64,000 nucleotides of DNA from an uncultured bacterium (GTDB lineage: Bacteria; Acidobacteriota; Aminicenantia; Aminicenantales; Saccharicenantaceae), in NCBI GenBank assembly GCA_963827635.1, contig CAWHBV010000009.1:281802-345801 (forward strand), read 5' to 3'. Made by a program: the position numbers and the translations under genes. Positions 50,323 to 60,098 of the stretch are shown here, in pieces (the stretch's first letter is position 1; each line of letters opens with the position of its first letter). The notes beneath the pieces were generated by a model. The model saw nothing but the letters and a program-made list of their open reading frames with translations, did no database searches and was not told the origin of the DNA.

Positions 50323-51777
50323 ATGGCCAGTTCTCTCAACGACCTCAATCCCCGTCTTCTCTGGAAGCATTTCGCCAAGATCCTGACGATCCCCCACTGC
50401 TCGGGCAACGAAAAGCCCCTGGGCGACTACGTCCTGTCCGTCGCCGCGTCCCTCGGACTGCCCGGCAAGCGCGACAAGGTCGGCAACGTCCTCGTCAGCA
50501 AGCCGGCGACGGCGGGCCGCGAAGGCGCCGTCGGCGCCATCCTCCAGGGCCACCTCGACATGGTCTGCGAGAAGAACTCGAACACGGTCCACGACTTCTC
50601 CAAGGACCCGATCAAGGCCGAGATCCGGGGCGAGTGGGTCTACGCCCAGGGCACGACCCTCGGCGCGGACAACGGCATCGGCCTGGCCGCCGCCCTGGCC
50701 GTCATGGAAGACAAGTCGCTCGTCCACGGCCCCCTCGAATTCCTGTTCACGGTCGACGAGGAGACCGGCCTGACCGGCGCCAACAAGATCCAGAAGGGCT
50801 TCCTCGCCGGCAAGATGCTCCTCAACCTCGACAGCGAGGACGAGGGGACGTTCACCATCGGCTGCGCCGGGGGGGCGGATTCGACCCTGGTCCTGCCGCT
50901 CGAACGGAAGAAGTCGGCCTCGAAGAACCTCTACCGGCTGCACGTCAGCGGCTTCCGCGGCGGCCATTCCGGCCTCGACATCAACCAGGGCCGGGGCAAC
51001 GCCATCAAGCTCCTGGCCCGGGTCCTCGACCAGGCCCAGGCGGCCGCCAAGTTCGAGGTCATCGGCATCGAGGGCGGCAGCAAGCACAACGCCATCCCCC
51101 GCGAGGCCGTGGCCGTCCTGGCCTGCCCGCCGGTCCAGGTCCGGACGATGACCACCGCCGTCAAGAAGGCCTTCGACAAGATCAAGATCGAGTACAAGGC
51201 CGTCGAGCCGGGCGCGACCTACGCCCTCGAAGCGGCCGACGGCAAGGACTTCGCCCTGACCCGGGACTCCCAGCGGGCGCTCCTCGACTTCCTGATCGCC
51301 CTGCCCCACGGCGTCATCGCCATGCACCCCGAGATCGCCGGACTGACCGAGACCTCGACCAACCTGGCCATCGTCAAGACCCATAAGAACGCGTTCGAGG
51401 TCCTCTGCAGCACGCGCAGCTCCGTCGCCTCGGCCCTCGAGGCCACCCGCGACATCATCAAGTCCGTCTGCGCCCTGGCCGGGGCCAAGGCCGAGTTCAG
51501 GAACGGCTATCCCGGCTGGATGCCGAACCTCGACTCGCCGCTCCTCAAGAAGCTCAAGGAGATCTACCGCAAGACCTTCGGCAAGGAGGCCGAGGTCGTC
51601 GCCGTCCACGCCGGGCTCGAGTGCGGCATCATCGGCGAGAAGTTCCCGGGCATGGACATGATCTCGTTCGGGCCGACCATGAAGAACCCGCACTCGCCCG
51701 AGGAGCACGTCCACATCGGCTCGGTCGAGAAGTTCTGGAAGTTCCTGACGACGGCCGTCGACGGCCTGTCGTCCTGA
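50323..51777 (+). CDS. pepD: Aminoacyl-histidine (Xaa-His) dipeptidase, M20C
   Basis: AAGGAG RBS 50311-50316. Blocks LQGHLDMV, LGADNGIG, TVDEETGLTGA. Confidence 0.85.
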   Translation: MASSLNDLNPRLLWKHFAKILTIPHCSGNEKPLGDYVLSVAASLGLPGKRDKVGNVLVSKPATAGREGAVGAILQGHLDMVCEKNSNTVHDFSKDPIKAEIRGEWVYAQGTTLGADNGIGLAAALAVMEDKSLVHGPLEFLFTVDEETGLTGANKIQKGFLAGKMLLNLDSEDEGTFTIGCAGGADSTLVLPLERKKSASKNLYRLHVSGFRGGHSGLDINQGRGNAIKLLARVLDQAQAAAKFEVIGIEGGSKHNAIPREAVAVLACPPVQVRTMTTAVKKAFDKIKIEYKAVEPGATYALEAADGKDFALTRDSQRALLDFLIALPHGVIAMHPEIAGLTETSTNLAIVKTHKNAFEVLCSTRSSVASALEATRDIIKSVCALAGAKAEFRNGYPGWMPNLDSPLLKKLKEIYRKTFGKEAEVVAVHAGLECGIIGEKFPGMDMISFGPTMKNPHSPEEHVHIGSVEKFWKFLTTAVDGLSS

Positions 51778-51885
51778 GCGAACGGAGCCGTTCCCGGTTT
51801 GAAGAGACGAAAATTCATCGCCGTCGCGGGTCTCGCGGCCGCCGCCGCGCCGCGGGCTTTCGCCGGCATCGCAAGGAGTTCCCGC

Positions 51886-52266
51886 ATGAAGAAACAGGTC
51901 CAGACCGACAAGGCCCCGAAGGCCATCGGACCCTACTCCCAGGGCATCGTCGCCAACGGCTTCGTCTTCTGCTCGGGCCAGATCCCCATCGATCCGGCCA
52001 CGGGCGAGATCACCGCCGTCACGATCGAGGACCAGACCCGCCAGGTCCTGAAGAACGTCTCGGCCGTCCTCGAGGCGGCCGGCTCGTCGCTCGACGAGGC
52101 CGTCAAGACGACCGTGTTCCTCCAGGACATGAACGACTTCGCCAAGATGAACGCCGTCTACGCCGAGTTCTTCAAGGCCCCGAACCCGGCCCGGGCCGCG
52201 GTCCAGGTGGCCCGGCTGCCGCGGGACGTCAAGGTGGAGATCGAGGCCATCGCCCTGGTCCGATAG
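51886..52266 (+). CDS. ridA: RidA-family reactive-intermediate deaminase
   Basis: AAGGAG 7 nt upstream of the ATG. Blocks [44 protein letters not shown]. See the finding on the in-frame Tat-like upstream extension from TTG 51799. Confidence 0.85.
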   Translation: MKKQVQTDKAPKAIGPYSQGIVANGFVFCSGQIPIDPATGEITAVTIEDQTRQVLKNVSAVLEAAGSSLDEAVKTTVFLQDMNDFAKMNAVYAEFFKAPNPARAAVQVARLPRDVKVEIEAIALVR

Positions 52267-52271
52267 GTCAA

Positions 52272-52491
52272 ATGCCGCTCTACGAATACGCCTGCACGAA
52301 GTGCGGGAAGAGGTTCGAGTGCCTCGTTTCCCCGGGAAAAGAGAACGAGGTCGTCTGCGATCGAATGCGGGTCGGCCGACGTCCGGAAGCTCATCTCGGG
52401 CTTCGGCATCGGCGGCGGCGGGAGCCGCATCAAGGCGTCTTCTTCGAGCTGCAAGAGCTGCTCGTCCGGCTCCTGCAGCACCTGCCATTGA
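52272..52491 (+). CDS. FmdB-family zinc-ribbon protein (one apparent indel)
   Basis: MPLYEYACTKCGKRFE... After correction near 52359 it continues ECGSADVRKLISGFG and a Cys/Ser-rich tail SSCKSCSSGSCSTCH. Confidence 0.6.
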
Positions 52492-52546
52492 CCGGAGGCG
52501 CCCCGGCAGGTCCGTTCTCGGTCCCGGCGCGAACGCCGGGCCCGGC

Positions 52547-52576
52547 TTGACTTGCCTCCCGCCTTGACTGTTAAAT
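52547..52576 (+). promoter_or_regulatory. Sigma70-like promoter for hyuAB
   Basis: TTGACT-18 nt-TTAAAT, 12 nt upstream of ATG 52589. A second TTGACT copy lies in the spacer. Confidence 0.35.
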
Positions 52577-52588
52577 AAGCCTCTGCCC

Positions 52589-54609
52589 ATGGAACGCCGT
52601 ACGAAGACCGCCTCGATCCGCGTCGGGATCGATACGGGCGGGACTTTCACCGATTTCGTCGTCTATCGGGACGGCCGCCTCTCCAACAGAAAGGTCCTCT
52701 CGACACCGCAGGATCCTTCGCTCGCCATCTTCGAGGGCGTCGGCGACATCCTGAAGGACACCCCCGCCGTCTTCGTCGTCCACGGCACCACCGTGGCCAC
52801 CAACGCGCTCCTCCAGCGGAAGGGCGGCCGCATCGCCCTGATCACCACAGCCGGCTTCGAGGACGTCCTGGCCATCGGCCGGCAGACCCGCCGGAACCTG
52901 TACGCCCTCCAGCCCGAGAGCCGGTTCGAGCTCATCCCGGCCGAGCGCCGCTTCGGCCTGCACGAGAGGACGCTGGCCTCGGGCGACATCGAGAAGCGCG
53001 TCCGGGCGACCGAGGTCCGGCAGGTCATCCGGAAGATCAGGAGCTCGGGCGCCGAGGCCGTCGCCGTCTGTCTCCTCCACTCCTACGCCAACCCGGCGAA
53101 CGAGGAGGTCGTGGCCCGGGAGCTCGAGAAGGCGGGGCTGCTCTTCACCGTCTCGAGCCGGCTCCTGCCCGAGCACCGCGAGTTCGAGCGGACGGCGACG
53201 ACGGCCGTCAACGCCTACCTCATGCCCGTCATGGACCGCTACCTCGGCGAGCTCGATCGCCGCATCGGACGGGCGGAGCTGCGGATCATGCAGTCGAACG
53301 AAGGCTACATCTCGCCGGCCCGGGCCCGGGTCGAGCCGATCCGGACCGCCCTTTCCGGGCCGGCCGGGGGGGTCGTCGGAGCCCGGATCCTCGGCCGGGC
53401 GGCCGGCTTCCCCGACGTCGTCAGCTTCGACATGGGCGGGACCTCGACCGACGTCTCTCTCATCGAGGGGGCCATCCGCCGGACCCACGAGAGCCGGGTC
53501 GGGGAATTCCCCATCCGGCTGCCCGTCATCGACATCCACTCGGTCGGCGCCGGCGGCGGATCGATCGCCTACACGGACCGGGGCGGCTCTCTCCGCGTCG
53601 GTCCTCAGAGCGCCGGCGCGGACCCCGGACCGGCCTGCTACGGCAAGGGAGACCTCCCGACCGTGACCGACGCCGATCTCTGCCTCGGCCGCCTGGACCC
53701 GGAGTTCTTCCTGGGCGGGAAGATGAAGATCGATCCCGGGCGGAGCCGGGCCGCCGTCTCGCGGCTGGCCCGCTCGATCGGGAAATCCCCCGTCGCGACG
53801 GCCCTCGGGATCGTGGCCATCGCCAACGCCAACATGGAAAAGGCCATCCGGGTCATTTCGGTCGAGCGGGGCATCGATCCCCGGACCTTCGCCCTGTTCT
53901 CCTTCGGCGGGGCCGGCGGCATGCACGCCGTCGAGATGGCCGCCCACCTGGGCCTGTCGACGGTCATCGTCCCCCGCAACGCCGGGGTCCTCTCGGCCTT
54001 CGGCCTGCTGATGTCGGACCCGGTCAAGGATTACACGAAGTCGCTCATGAAGACGGACGCCGAGATCAGCCTGGCCGGCCTCGAGGCGGAGTTCCGGGTC
54101 CTCGAGGCGCGGAGCCGGCGCGACGCGGCCGAGGACGGTTTCGCCGCGTCCGACCTCGTCCTGGAGCGCTCGCTCGACTGCCGCTACCTGGGCCAATCGT
54201 ACGAGATCGACGTTCCCTTCCGGAAAGCGGGCACGCCGGCCGGGGCCTTCCTCGAAGCCTTCCACCGGAGGCACAAGCGCCTCTATTCCTACAGGCACGA
54301 CAAGCGCCCGGTCGAGATCGTCCATCTGCGGCTCAAGGCCGTCGCCGTGACTCCCAAGATCCCGCTCGTCCGGGAGCCGCCGGGCCAAGCCTGCGACCCC
54401 GAGGCCCGGATCAGGACGCAGAAGATCCACACCGGCTTCTCCTTCTGCGACGGCGCGGTCTATGACCGGTCCCGCCTTCACCACGGTCATGCCGTCCAGG
54501 ACCAGCCCTCGTCATCGATCCCGAGTCGACGACCTTCGTCCCGCCGGGCTTCGCGGCCCGCGTCGACGCCTTCCTCAACCTCGTCATCCGCAGGACGGGC
54601 TCCCGATGA
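52589..54609 (+). CDS. hyuA: Hydantoinase/oxoprolinase family, A (beta) subunit (one apparent frameshift)
   Basis: IGIDTGGTFTDFV N-terminus and SFDMGGTSTDV. The C-terminus GPALVIDPESTTFVPPG is recovered by adding one G near 54500. ATGA overlap with hyuB. Confidence 0.8.
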
Positions 54610-56204
54610 GGAAAGTCGACCCGATCGAGCTCGAGCTCTTCAAGAACGTCTTCGTCGCCATCGCCGAGGAGATGGCCGCCGTCCTGGGCCGGACGGCCCT
54701 CTCCCCCAACATCAAGGAACGCAAGGATTTCTCCTGCGCCACCTTCACCCGCGACGGCGGCACCCTGGCCCAGGGCTCGCACATCCCGGTCCACCTGGGC
54801 GCCATGCCCCTGTCCGTCCGGGCGGCGCTCGAAGCCGTGACCTTCGAAAAGGGCGACCTCGTCATCCTCAACGATCCCTACCGCGGCGGCACCCACCTGC
54901 CCGACATCACCTGCATCTCCCCCGTCTTCATCGGCGGCCGGCTGGCTTTCTTCGTGGCCAACCGGGCCCACCACTCCGACGTCGGCGGCATGACCCCGGG
55001 CTCCATGCCCCTGGCCACCGAGCTCTTCCAGGAGGGGCTGATCATCCCGCCGCTCAAGCTCTATGCCCGCGGCCGGCTGAACAAGGACGTCTTCGACCTC
55101 CTGCTCGCCAACGTCCGGACGCCCGACGAGCGCCGGGGCGACCTGCTGGCCCAGGTGGCGGCCAACGAGATCGGCCGGGCGAGGCTCGAGGAGGCCGTGG
55201 CCCGGTTCGGGGCCGGCAAGGTCCGGGCCTATTCCGGTCTCATCCAGGATTATTCCGAGAAGTTCCTGCGCCAGACCATCCGCGGCATCCCCGACGGCGA
55301 CTACGCCTTCGCCGACCGGCTCGACGACGACGGCATCTCGGACCGGCCGATCGATATCGCCGTCCGGGTCTCGATCCGGGGCGACCGGGCCGTCGTCGAT
55401 TTCGGCGGATCCTCGCCCCAGACCGAGGGCGGCGTCAACGCCAACTTCGCCATCACCTGTTCGGCCGTCCTCTACGTCTTCCGCTCCCTCGTCGAGGAGG
55501 ACATCCCCTTCAACACGGGCCTGATGCGGCCGATCGAGATCCGGGCGCCCAAGGGCTCCATCGTCAACGCGGAATTCCCGGCCGCCTGCGCCGGCGGCAA
55601 CGTCGAGACCTCCCAGCGCATCGTCGACGTCCTGCTCGGAGCGCTGGCCAAGGCCGTCCCGGACCGCATCCCGGCGGCCAGCCAGGGCACCATGAACAAC
55701 GTCGCGTTCGGCGGCTACGATCCCGTGCGGAAGCGGCACTTCGCCTACTACGAGACGATCGGCGGCGGCATGGGCGGCGCCCTGACGGCCCCGGGCCTCA
55801 GCGGCGTCCACACCCACATGACCAACTCCCTGAACACGCCGGTCGAGGCCCTCGAGAATTACCTGCCCTTGAAGATCCGGACCTACGGCCTGAGAAAGGA
55901 CACGGGCGGGAAGGGCTCGCAGCGGGGCGGCGAAGGCATCGTGCGCGAATACGAGTTCCTGGTCCCCGTCGACCTGACGGTCATCTCCGAGCGACGGCGC
56001 TTCGCCCCGTACGGCGCGCGCGGCGGCGGCCCGGGCGCCAGGGGCCGGAACACGGTCCTGTCGCAAGGCCGCGCGACGGATCTCGGTTCCAAGGGCAACG
56101 TCAAGCTCCGGCCGGGCGACGTGCTCAGGGTCGAGACGCCGGGAGGCGGAGGTTACGGCCGGCCCCGGAAAAGCCGGAAAACGCGTCAAGGAGGGTCCCG
56201 ATGA
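54606..56204 (+). CDS. hyuB: Hydantoinase/oxoprolinase family, B (alpha) subunit
   Basis: Blocks DPIELELFKN, NDPYRGGTHLPD, ETPGGGGYG. Confidence 0.85.
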   Translation: MRKVDPIELELFKNVFVAIAEEMAAVLGRTALSPNIKERKDFSCATFTRDGGTLAQGSHIPVHLGAMPLSVRAALEAVTFEKGDLVILNDPYRGGTHLPDITCISPVFIGGRLAFFVANRAHHSDVGGMTPGSMPLATELFQEGLIIPPLKLYARGRLNKDVFDLLLANVRTPDERRGDLLAQVAANEIGRARLEEAVARFGAGKVRAYSGLIQDYSEKFLRQTIRGIPDGDYAFADRLDDDGISDRPIDIAVRVSIRGDRAVVDFGGSSPQTEGGVNANFAITCSAVLYVFRSLVEEDIPFNTGLMRPIEIRAPKGSIVNAEFPAACAGGNVETSQRIVDVLLGALAKAVPDRIPAASQGTMNNVAFGGYDPVRKRHFAYYETIGGGMGGALTAPGLSGVHTHMTNSLNTPVEALENYLPLKIRTYGLRKDTGGKGSQRGGEGIVREYEFLVPVDLTVISERRRFAPYGARGGGPGARGRNTVLSQGRATDLGSKGNVKLRPGDVLRVETPGGGGYGRPRKSRKTRQGGSR

Positions 56205-57311
56205 AGGTCCGTACTCTTTCCTCTCTGTCCCTCATGCTCCTCGTCCTTCTCTGCCGCCGTCCCGGCCGCCTGCGCCGGCGGCGCGGCCGATCCGTTGCCG
56301 GCGATGCCCGTGCGGGGCGTCTGGATGCATCCCGGCTTCTTCGGCCCGGACAGGACGGCCGCCGTCGAGAAGATGAGAACGACCCTCGACGCCTACGCCG
56401 CGGCGGGCATCAACACCCTGATCATGCTGGTCAAGAACACCTCGGGACACGTCTACTACGCCAGCGAGATCGGCGTCCGCGACGCGGCCTACGATTGGGA
56501 TTTCTTCGAGGTCTTCCTGGCCGAGGCGAGACAGCGCCGCATGGAGGTCCACCCCTGGTTCTGCGTCTTCCCGGAGTCGGCCATCCTCGGCCGGGTCCGC
56601 GAGCATCCCGAGTGGCTGATCGCCAGCCCCCGCGGGGAGATGGTCGCCGTGGCCAACCCCGCCCTGCCGGCCGTCCGCGCCTACGAGATCGATCTGATGC
56701 TCGAGGTCGTCCGGAAATACGGCGTCGACTGGGTCCACCTCGATTACGTCCGCTATCCCTGCGAGCCGACCGAGCCCTTCTTCAGCTTCGACCGGGAATC
56801 GCTCCGTCTCTTCAAGGCGGACACCGGGATCGACATGGCCGCGGTCAAGGCCCGCGACACGGGCAATCCGGCCTGGAACGTCTGGCTCCGCTGGAACACC
56901 GACCGGGTGACCGTCTTCGTCCGGGAGCTCCGGGCCGCGCTCGGGACGACCGGACGCAAGGTCCGGATCAGCGCCGCCGTCTTTCCCGACGCCGTGAACG
57001 CCCGCGTGGCCATCGGACAGGACTGGGCCGCGTGGGGGCGCGAGGGCCTGGTCGACATGCTCAATCCCATGCTCTACACGAACGACGTGAAGCTCTACGA
57101 GACGCTGGCCCGCGAGGCCGTGGGCTACGCCAAGGGCCGAACGCTCGTCTGCCCGGGGATCGGCGTCGGAACGTCGCACAACCAGATCACGCCCGAGGTC
57201 CTGATCGAGGAGATGAGGATCAGCGCAGCGCTCAAGGCCGACGGGGTCGTCTTTTTCTCCTCGTCGAGCCTCAAGGAGCCCTTTCTCGACGCCCTCAAAG
57301 CCCTCAAATAG
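56201..57311 (+). CDS. GHL10/DUF187-type glycosyl-hydrolase-like lipoprotein (one apparent frameshift)
   Basis: AAGGAGGG RBS and ATGA overlap with hyuB. Signal MKVRTLSSLSLMLLVLL then lipobox VPAAC after a frame switch near 56251. Body block RGVWMH...NTLIMLVKN...HLDYVRYP. Confidence 0.65.
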
Positions 57312-57326
57312 AGCCGAAGCGGACTG

Positions 57327-57803
57327 CTAGGCTTTCTTGAGCTTGTCCTTCTCGATGAGCAGCATGCCCTGGTAGGAGACGTAGTTCAGGAGTATCATCA
57401 CCCGCTCCGAGTCCCCGACCTCCTTGCGGAAGATGCCCTTCAGGCCCCGGAGCGGCCCCTCGACGACCTCGATCTCGTCGCCGGGACCGGGCTCCTCGCC
57501 GTACCTCTCGAAGACGATGAGCCCGTCCCTCTCCCTGTCCCGGATGCCCCGGACGACCTCGTCCGGGACGGGCGTCGGGCCGTCGTCCTTGCCGACGATG
57601 CGCTTGACGCCGCGGGTGTACTTGACCATCTGGTACTGTTCGGGGAATTCGAAACGCAGGAAGGCATAACCCGGGAAGAAGGGGCCGACGCGCTTCTCGC
57701 GGACGTATTTCGGGCAATAGACTTCGAAGCCGCCCTCGATGAAGAGCCGCTCGACCTGGCTTTCCTTCTTGGGCTTGGTGTTGAGCACGTACCAGCGGAG
57801 CAT
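57327..57803 (-). CDS. Specialised NusG paralog (NGN plus KOW; RfaH/UpxY/LoaP-like)
   Basis: 158 aa. NGN start RWYVLNTKPKKE...FPGYAFL. KOW block GDEIEVVEGPLRGLKGIF. Not in a secE-nusG-rplK context. TGATG overlap with the upstream gene. Confidence 0.7.
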   Translation of the reverse strand: MLRWYVLNTKPKKESQVERLFIEGGFEVYCPKYVREKRVGPFFPGYAFLRFEFPEQYQMVKYTRGVKRIVGKDDGPTPVPDEVVRGIRDRERDGLIVFERYGEEPGPGDEIEVVEGPLRGLKGIFRKEVGDSERVMILLNYVSYQGMLLIEKDKLKKA

Positions 57804-58645
57804 CAGCGCTCCTCCGGCTTCGCGTCGGTGAGCCCCATGCCGCGGTAGACCCGGGGCCTGCGGTCTTCGAGGAAGTGGCGGGCGGCGTGCGAAGAGGCGT
57901 TCCGGGCGAGGTCGCAGTCGGCGTAGAGGATGTGGTCCCGGCCCCGCGGCGCCCGGGCCACGACCCGGCCGTCGGGATCGACGACGAAGGACTCCCCGGC
58001 GAACTCGAGCCCGTCCTCGCGGCCGACCCGGTTGACGAGGGCCGCGTGGTAGCCGTTCTGGAACGCCGCGACCTGGAGCTCGGCCTCGAAGATGCCTTCG
58101 GTCCACTCCCCGACCGCGCCGGCCTGGGGCACGACGACCAATTCCGCCCCGGCCAGTCTCAGGCCGCGCATGAACTCGGGAAAATGACGGTCGTAGCAGA
58201 TGGCGACGCCGATCCGGCCGGCCGCCGTTCCATGGACGAACGTCCCCCGGTCCCCCGGCGTGTAGTATCCCCGTTCGTGGAATCCCGGTCCTTCCATGAT
58301 GTGGACCATGCGGGTGACGCCGAGAAGCGTGCCGTCGGCGTCGATGACCGGCGAAGAGTCGTAGGTCCGCTCCCCGTCCCGCTCGAAGAGGTTCAGCACC
58401 GCGACCGTGCCCGTCTCCCGGGCCAGGGCGCAGAAGAGATCGGTCGTCGGCCCGGGAATGGTCTCGGCCAGCGCCGCGCTCCCGGCCGAGGCCGGGACCT
58501 GGGGATAGAACCGGGTGAAGGCCAGCTCGGCGAAGGCGATGACCTGCGCCCCGGCCCCGGCGGCCTCGAGGTAGGCCGCCCGTCCCCGGGCCCTGTTCTC
58601 GGCCGGATCGCCGGTCGCGTGCTGCTGGACGAGCCCGATCCTCAA
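57803..58645 (-). CDS. Carbon-nitrogen hydrolase (nitrilase superfamily; N-carbamoyl-amino-acid/putrescine amidase-like)
   Basis: TTG start in a TTGA overlap with pepP. Cys block GVAICYDRHFPE. Glu block IAFAELAF. Confidence 0.8.
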   Translation of the reverse strand: MRIGLVQQHATGDPAENRARGRAAYLEAAGAGAQVIAFAELAFTRFYPQVPASAGSAALAETIPGPTTDLFCALARETGTVAVLNLFERDGERTYDSSPVIDADGTLLGVTRMVHIMEGPGFHERGYYTPGDRGTFVHGTAAGRIGVAICYDRHFPEFMRGLRLAGAELVVVPQAGAVGEWTEGIFEAELQVAAFQNGYHAALVNRVGREDGLEFAGESFVVDPDGRVVARAPRGRDHILYADCDLARNASSHAARHFLEDRRPRVYRGMGLTDAKPEER

Positions 58646-60030
58646 GCGCGGCAGGCCTTCTCGACGTCGGCGACCGTCTTGGGGATGGGCGGGCCGAGGA
58701 CCCTGCGGCCCGTCTCCGTGACCAGGACGTCGTCCTCGATCCGGGCCCCGCCGAAGTCGAGGAACTTCTCCACGGCGTCGTAGACGATGAAGTCCTTGTG
58801 CTTCTTCTCCTTGCGCCAGAGCGCGTAGAGGGCCGGGATGAAGTAGAGCCCCGGTTCGACGGTCAGCACGTGGCCCGGTTTGAGCTCCCGGGCCATCCGG
58901 AGATAGGCCAGCCCGAACTGGGCGCTGCGCTCGACCTTCTCGCCGTACCCGACGTGGTTCTCGCCGTAGTCCTCCATGTCGTGGACGTCGAGCCCCAGAT
59001 TGTGGCCGAGGCCGTGGGGGAAGAAGAGGGCGTGGGCGCCCGCCGCGACCGCCTCGGCGGTCCCGCCCTTCATCAAGCCGAGGTCCTTCAGGCCGTCGGT
59101 CATGACCCGGGCGGTCTGGAGGTGGATGTCCTTGAAGTTGACGCCGGGCTTGATGGCTTTGATGGCCGATTCCTGGCCGGCCAGGACGATCTCGTAGACG
59201 GCCTTCTGACGGGCGTTGAATTTCCCGCCGACGGGCACGCTCCGGGTGATGTCGGAGGCGTAGCCGCTGGGGGCCTCCGCGCCGCAGTCCAGGACCAGCA
59301 GCCGGCCCTTGACGAGCGGGTTGCCGTGCTCGTGCATGTGCAGGGTCTGGCCGTTGACGGTGACGATGGGCGGGAAGGCCAGGTGCATGGCGTTGGCCAG
59401 GGCGATCCCCTCCATGGTCCCCGAGACCTGGTATTCGTAGTAGCCCGGCTTGGCCAGGCGCATGGCGGCCAGGTACATCTCCCGGCTGACCGCAACGGCG
59501 GACTCGATCTCCCGGATCTCCTCCTTGGATTTGAGGATGCGCTGATCGACCGAAGCCTTGACGAAGGCGGCCGAGGCCTTCGCTTTGAGGTCCTTGACGG
59601 GGATGCCGAGCAGCTCGCTCAGGGCGATCTTGTTGTCGGGCCGGTACGGCGGCAGGTAGTGCACGGTGCGCCCGGCCGCGAGAGCCTTGCGCACGGCCTC
59701 GTCGAAGGCGGCCCGGGGGGCGACCTTGCGGACCCCGACGGAAAGCGCCCGGTCCTTGAGCTTGGGCAGCTGGCCCATCCAGATGATGTCCTCGATGCCG
59801 ATGTCGTCCCCGTAGAGGGTGTCCGAGTTCCCGTCCGCGTCGACGATCGCCGCGAGCCCGGGCGACGACAGGCCGAAGAAGTACAGGAACGAGCTGTCCT
59901 GGCGGTAGTGATAGGTGTTGGCCGGGTAGTTCATGGGGCTTTCCTCGTTGGCGAGGAACACCATCAGGCCCGAGCCCACGGACTTCCTCAGCAGCTTCCG
60001 TCTCGCGACGTAGGTGGCGGCTTCGAACAT
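58642..60030 (-). CDS. pepP: Xaa-Pro aminopeptidase (M24B)
   Basis: Blocks DCGAEAPSGYASDITR, HGLGHNLGLDVHD, VEPGLY, IEDDVLVT. Confidence 0.85.
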   Translation of the reverse strand: MFEAATYVARRKLLRKSVGSGLMVFLANEESPMNYPANTYHYRQDSSFLYFFGLSSPGLAAIVDADGNSDTLYGDDIGIEDIIWMGQLPKLKDRALSVGVRKVAPRAAFDEAVRKALAAGRTVHYLPPYRPDNKIALSELLGIPVKDLKAKASAAFVKASVDQRILKSKEEIREIESAVAVSREMYLAAMRLAKPGYYEYQVSGTMEGIALANAMHLAFPPIVTVNGQTLHMHEHGNPLVKGRLLVLDCGAEAPSGYASDITRSVPVGGKFNARQKAVYEIVLAGQESAIKAIKPGVNFKDIHLQTARVMTDGLKDLGLMKGGTAEAVAAGAHALFFPHGLGHNLGLDVHDMEDYGENHVGYGEKVERSAQFGLAYLRMARELKPGHVLTVEPGLYFIPALYALWRKEKKHKDFIVYDAVEKFLDFGGARIEDDVLVTETGRRVLGPPIPKTVADVEKACRA

Positions 60031-60060
60031 GTCGACCTCCTCGGAGATGATCTGATTCTT

Positions 60061-60089
60061 TGTATAACAGATAAGCCGGCGGCGTTCAA
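60061..60089 (-). promoter_or_regulatory. Sigma70-like promoter for the pepP operon
   Basis: The minus strand reads TTGAAC-17 nt-TATACA. The 5' UTR carries GAGGAGG. Confidence 0.5.
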
Positions 60090-60098
60090 CTCCCGGCG

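Noticed and set aside
59901-59912. ops-like sequence GGCGGTAGTGAT (compare RfaH ops GGCGGTAGCGTG) near the NusG paralog.
   Set aside because: It lies inside pepP on the antisense strand, far from any leader region. An 8/12 match is expected by chance in GC-rich DNA. The ops consensus is enterobacterial.
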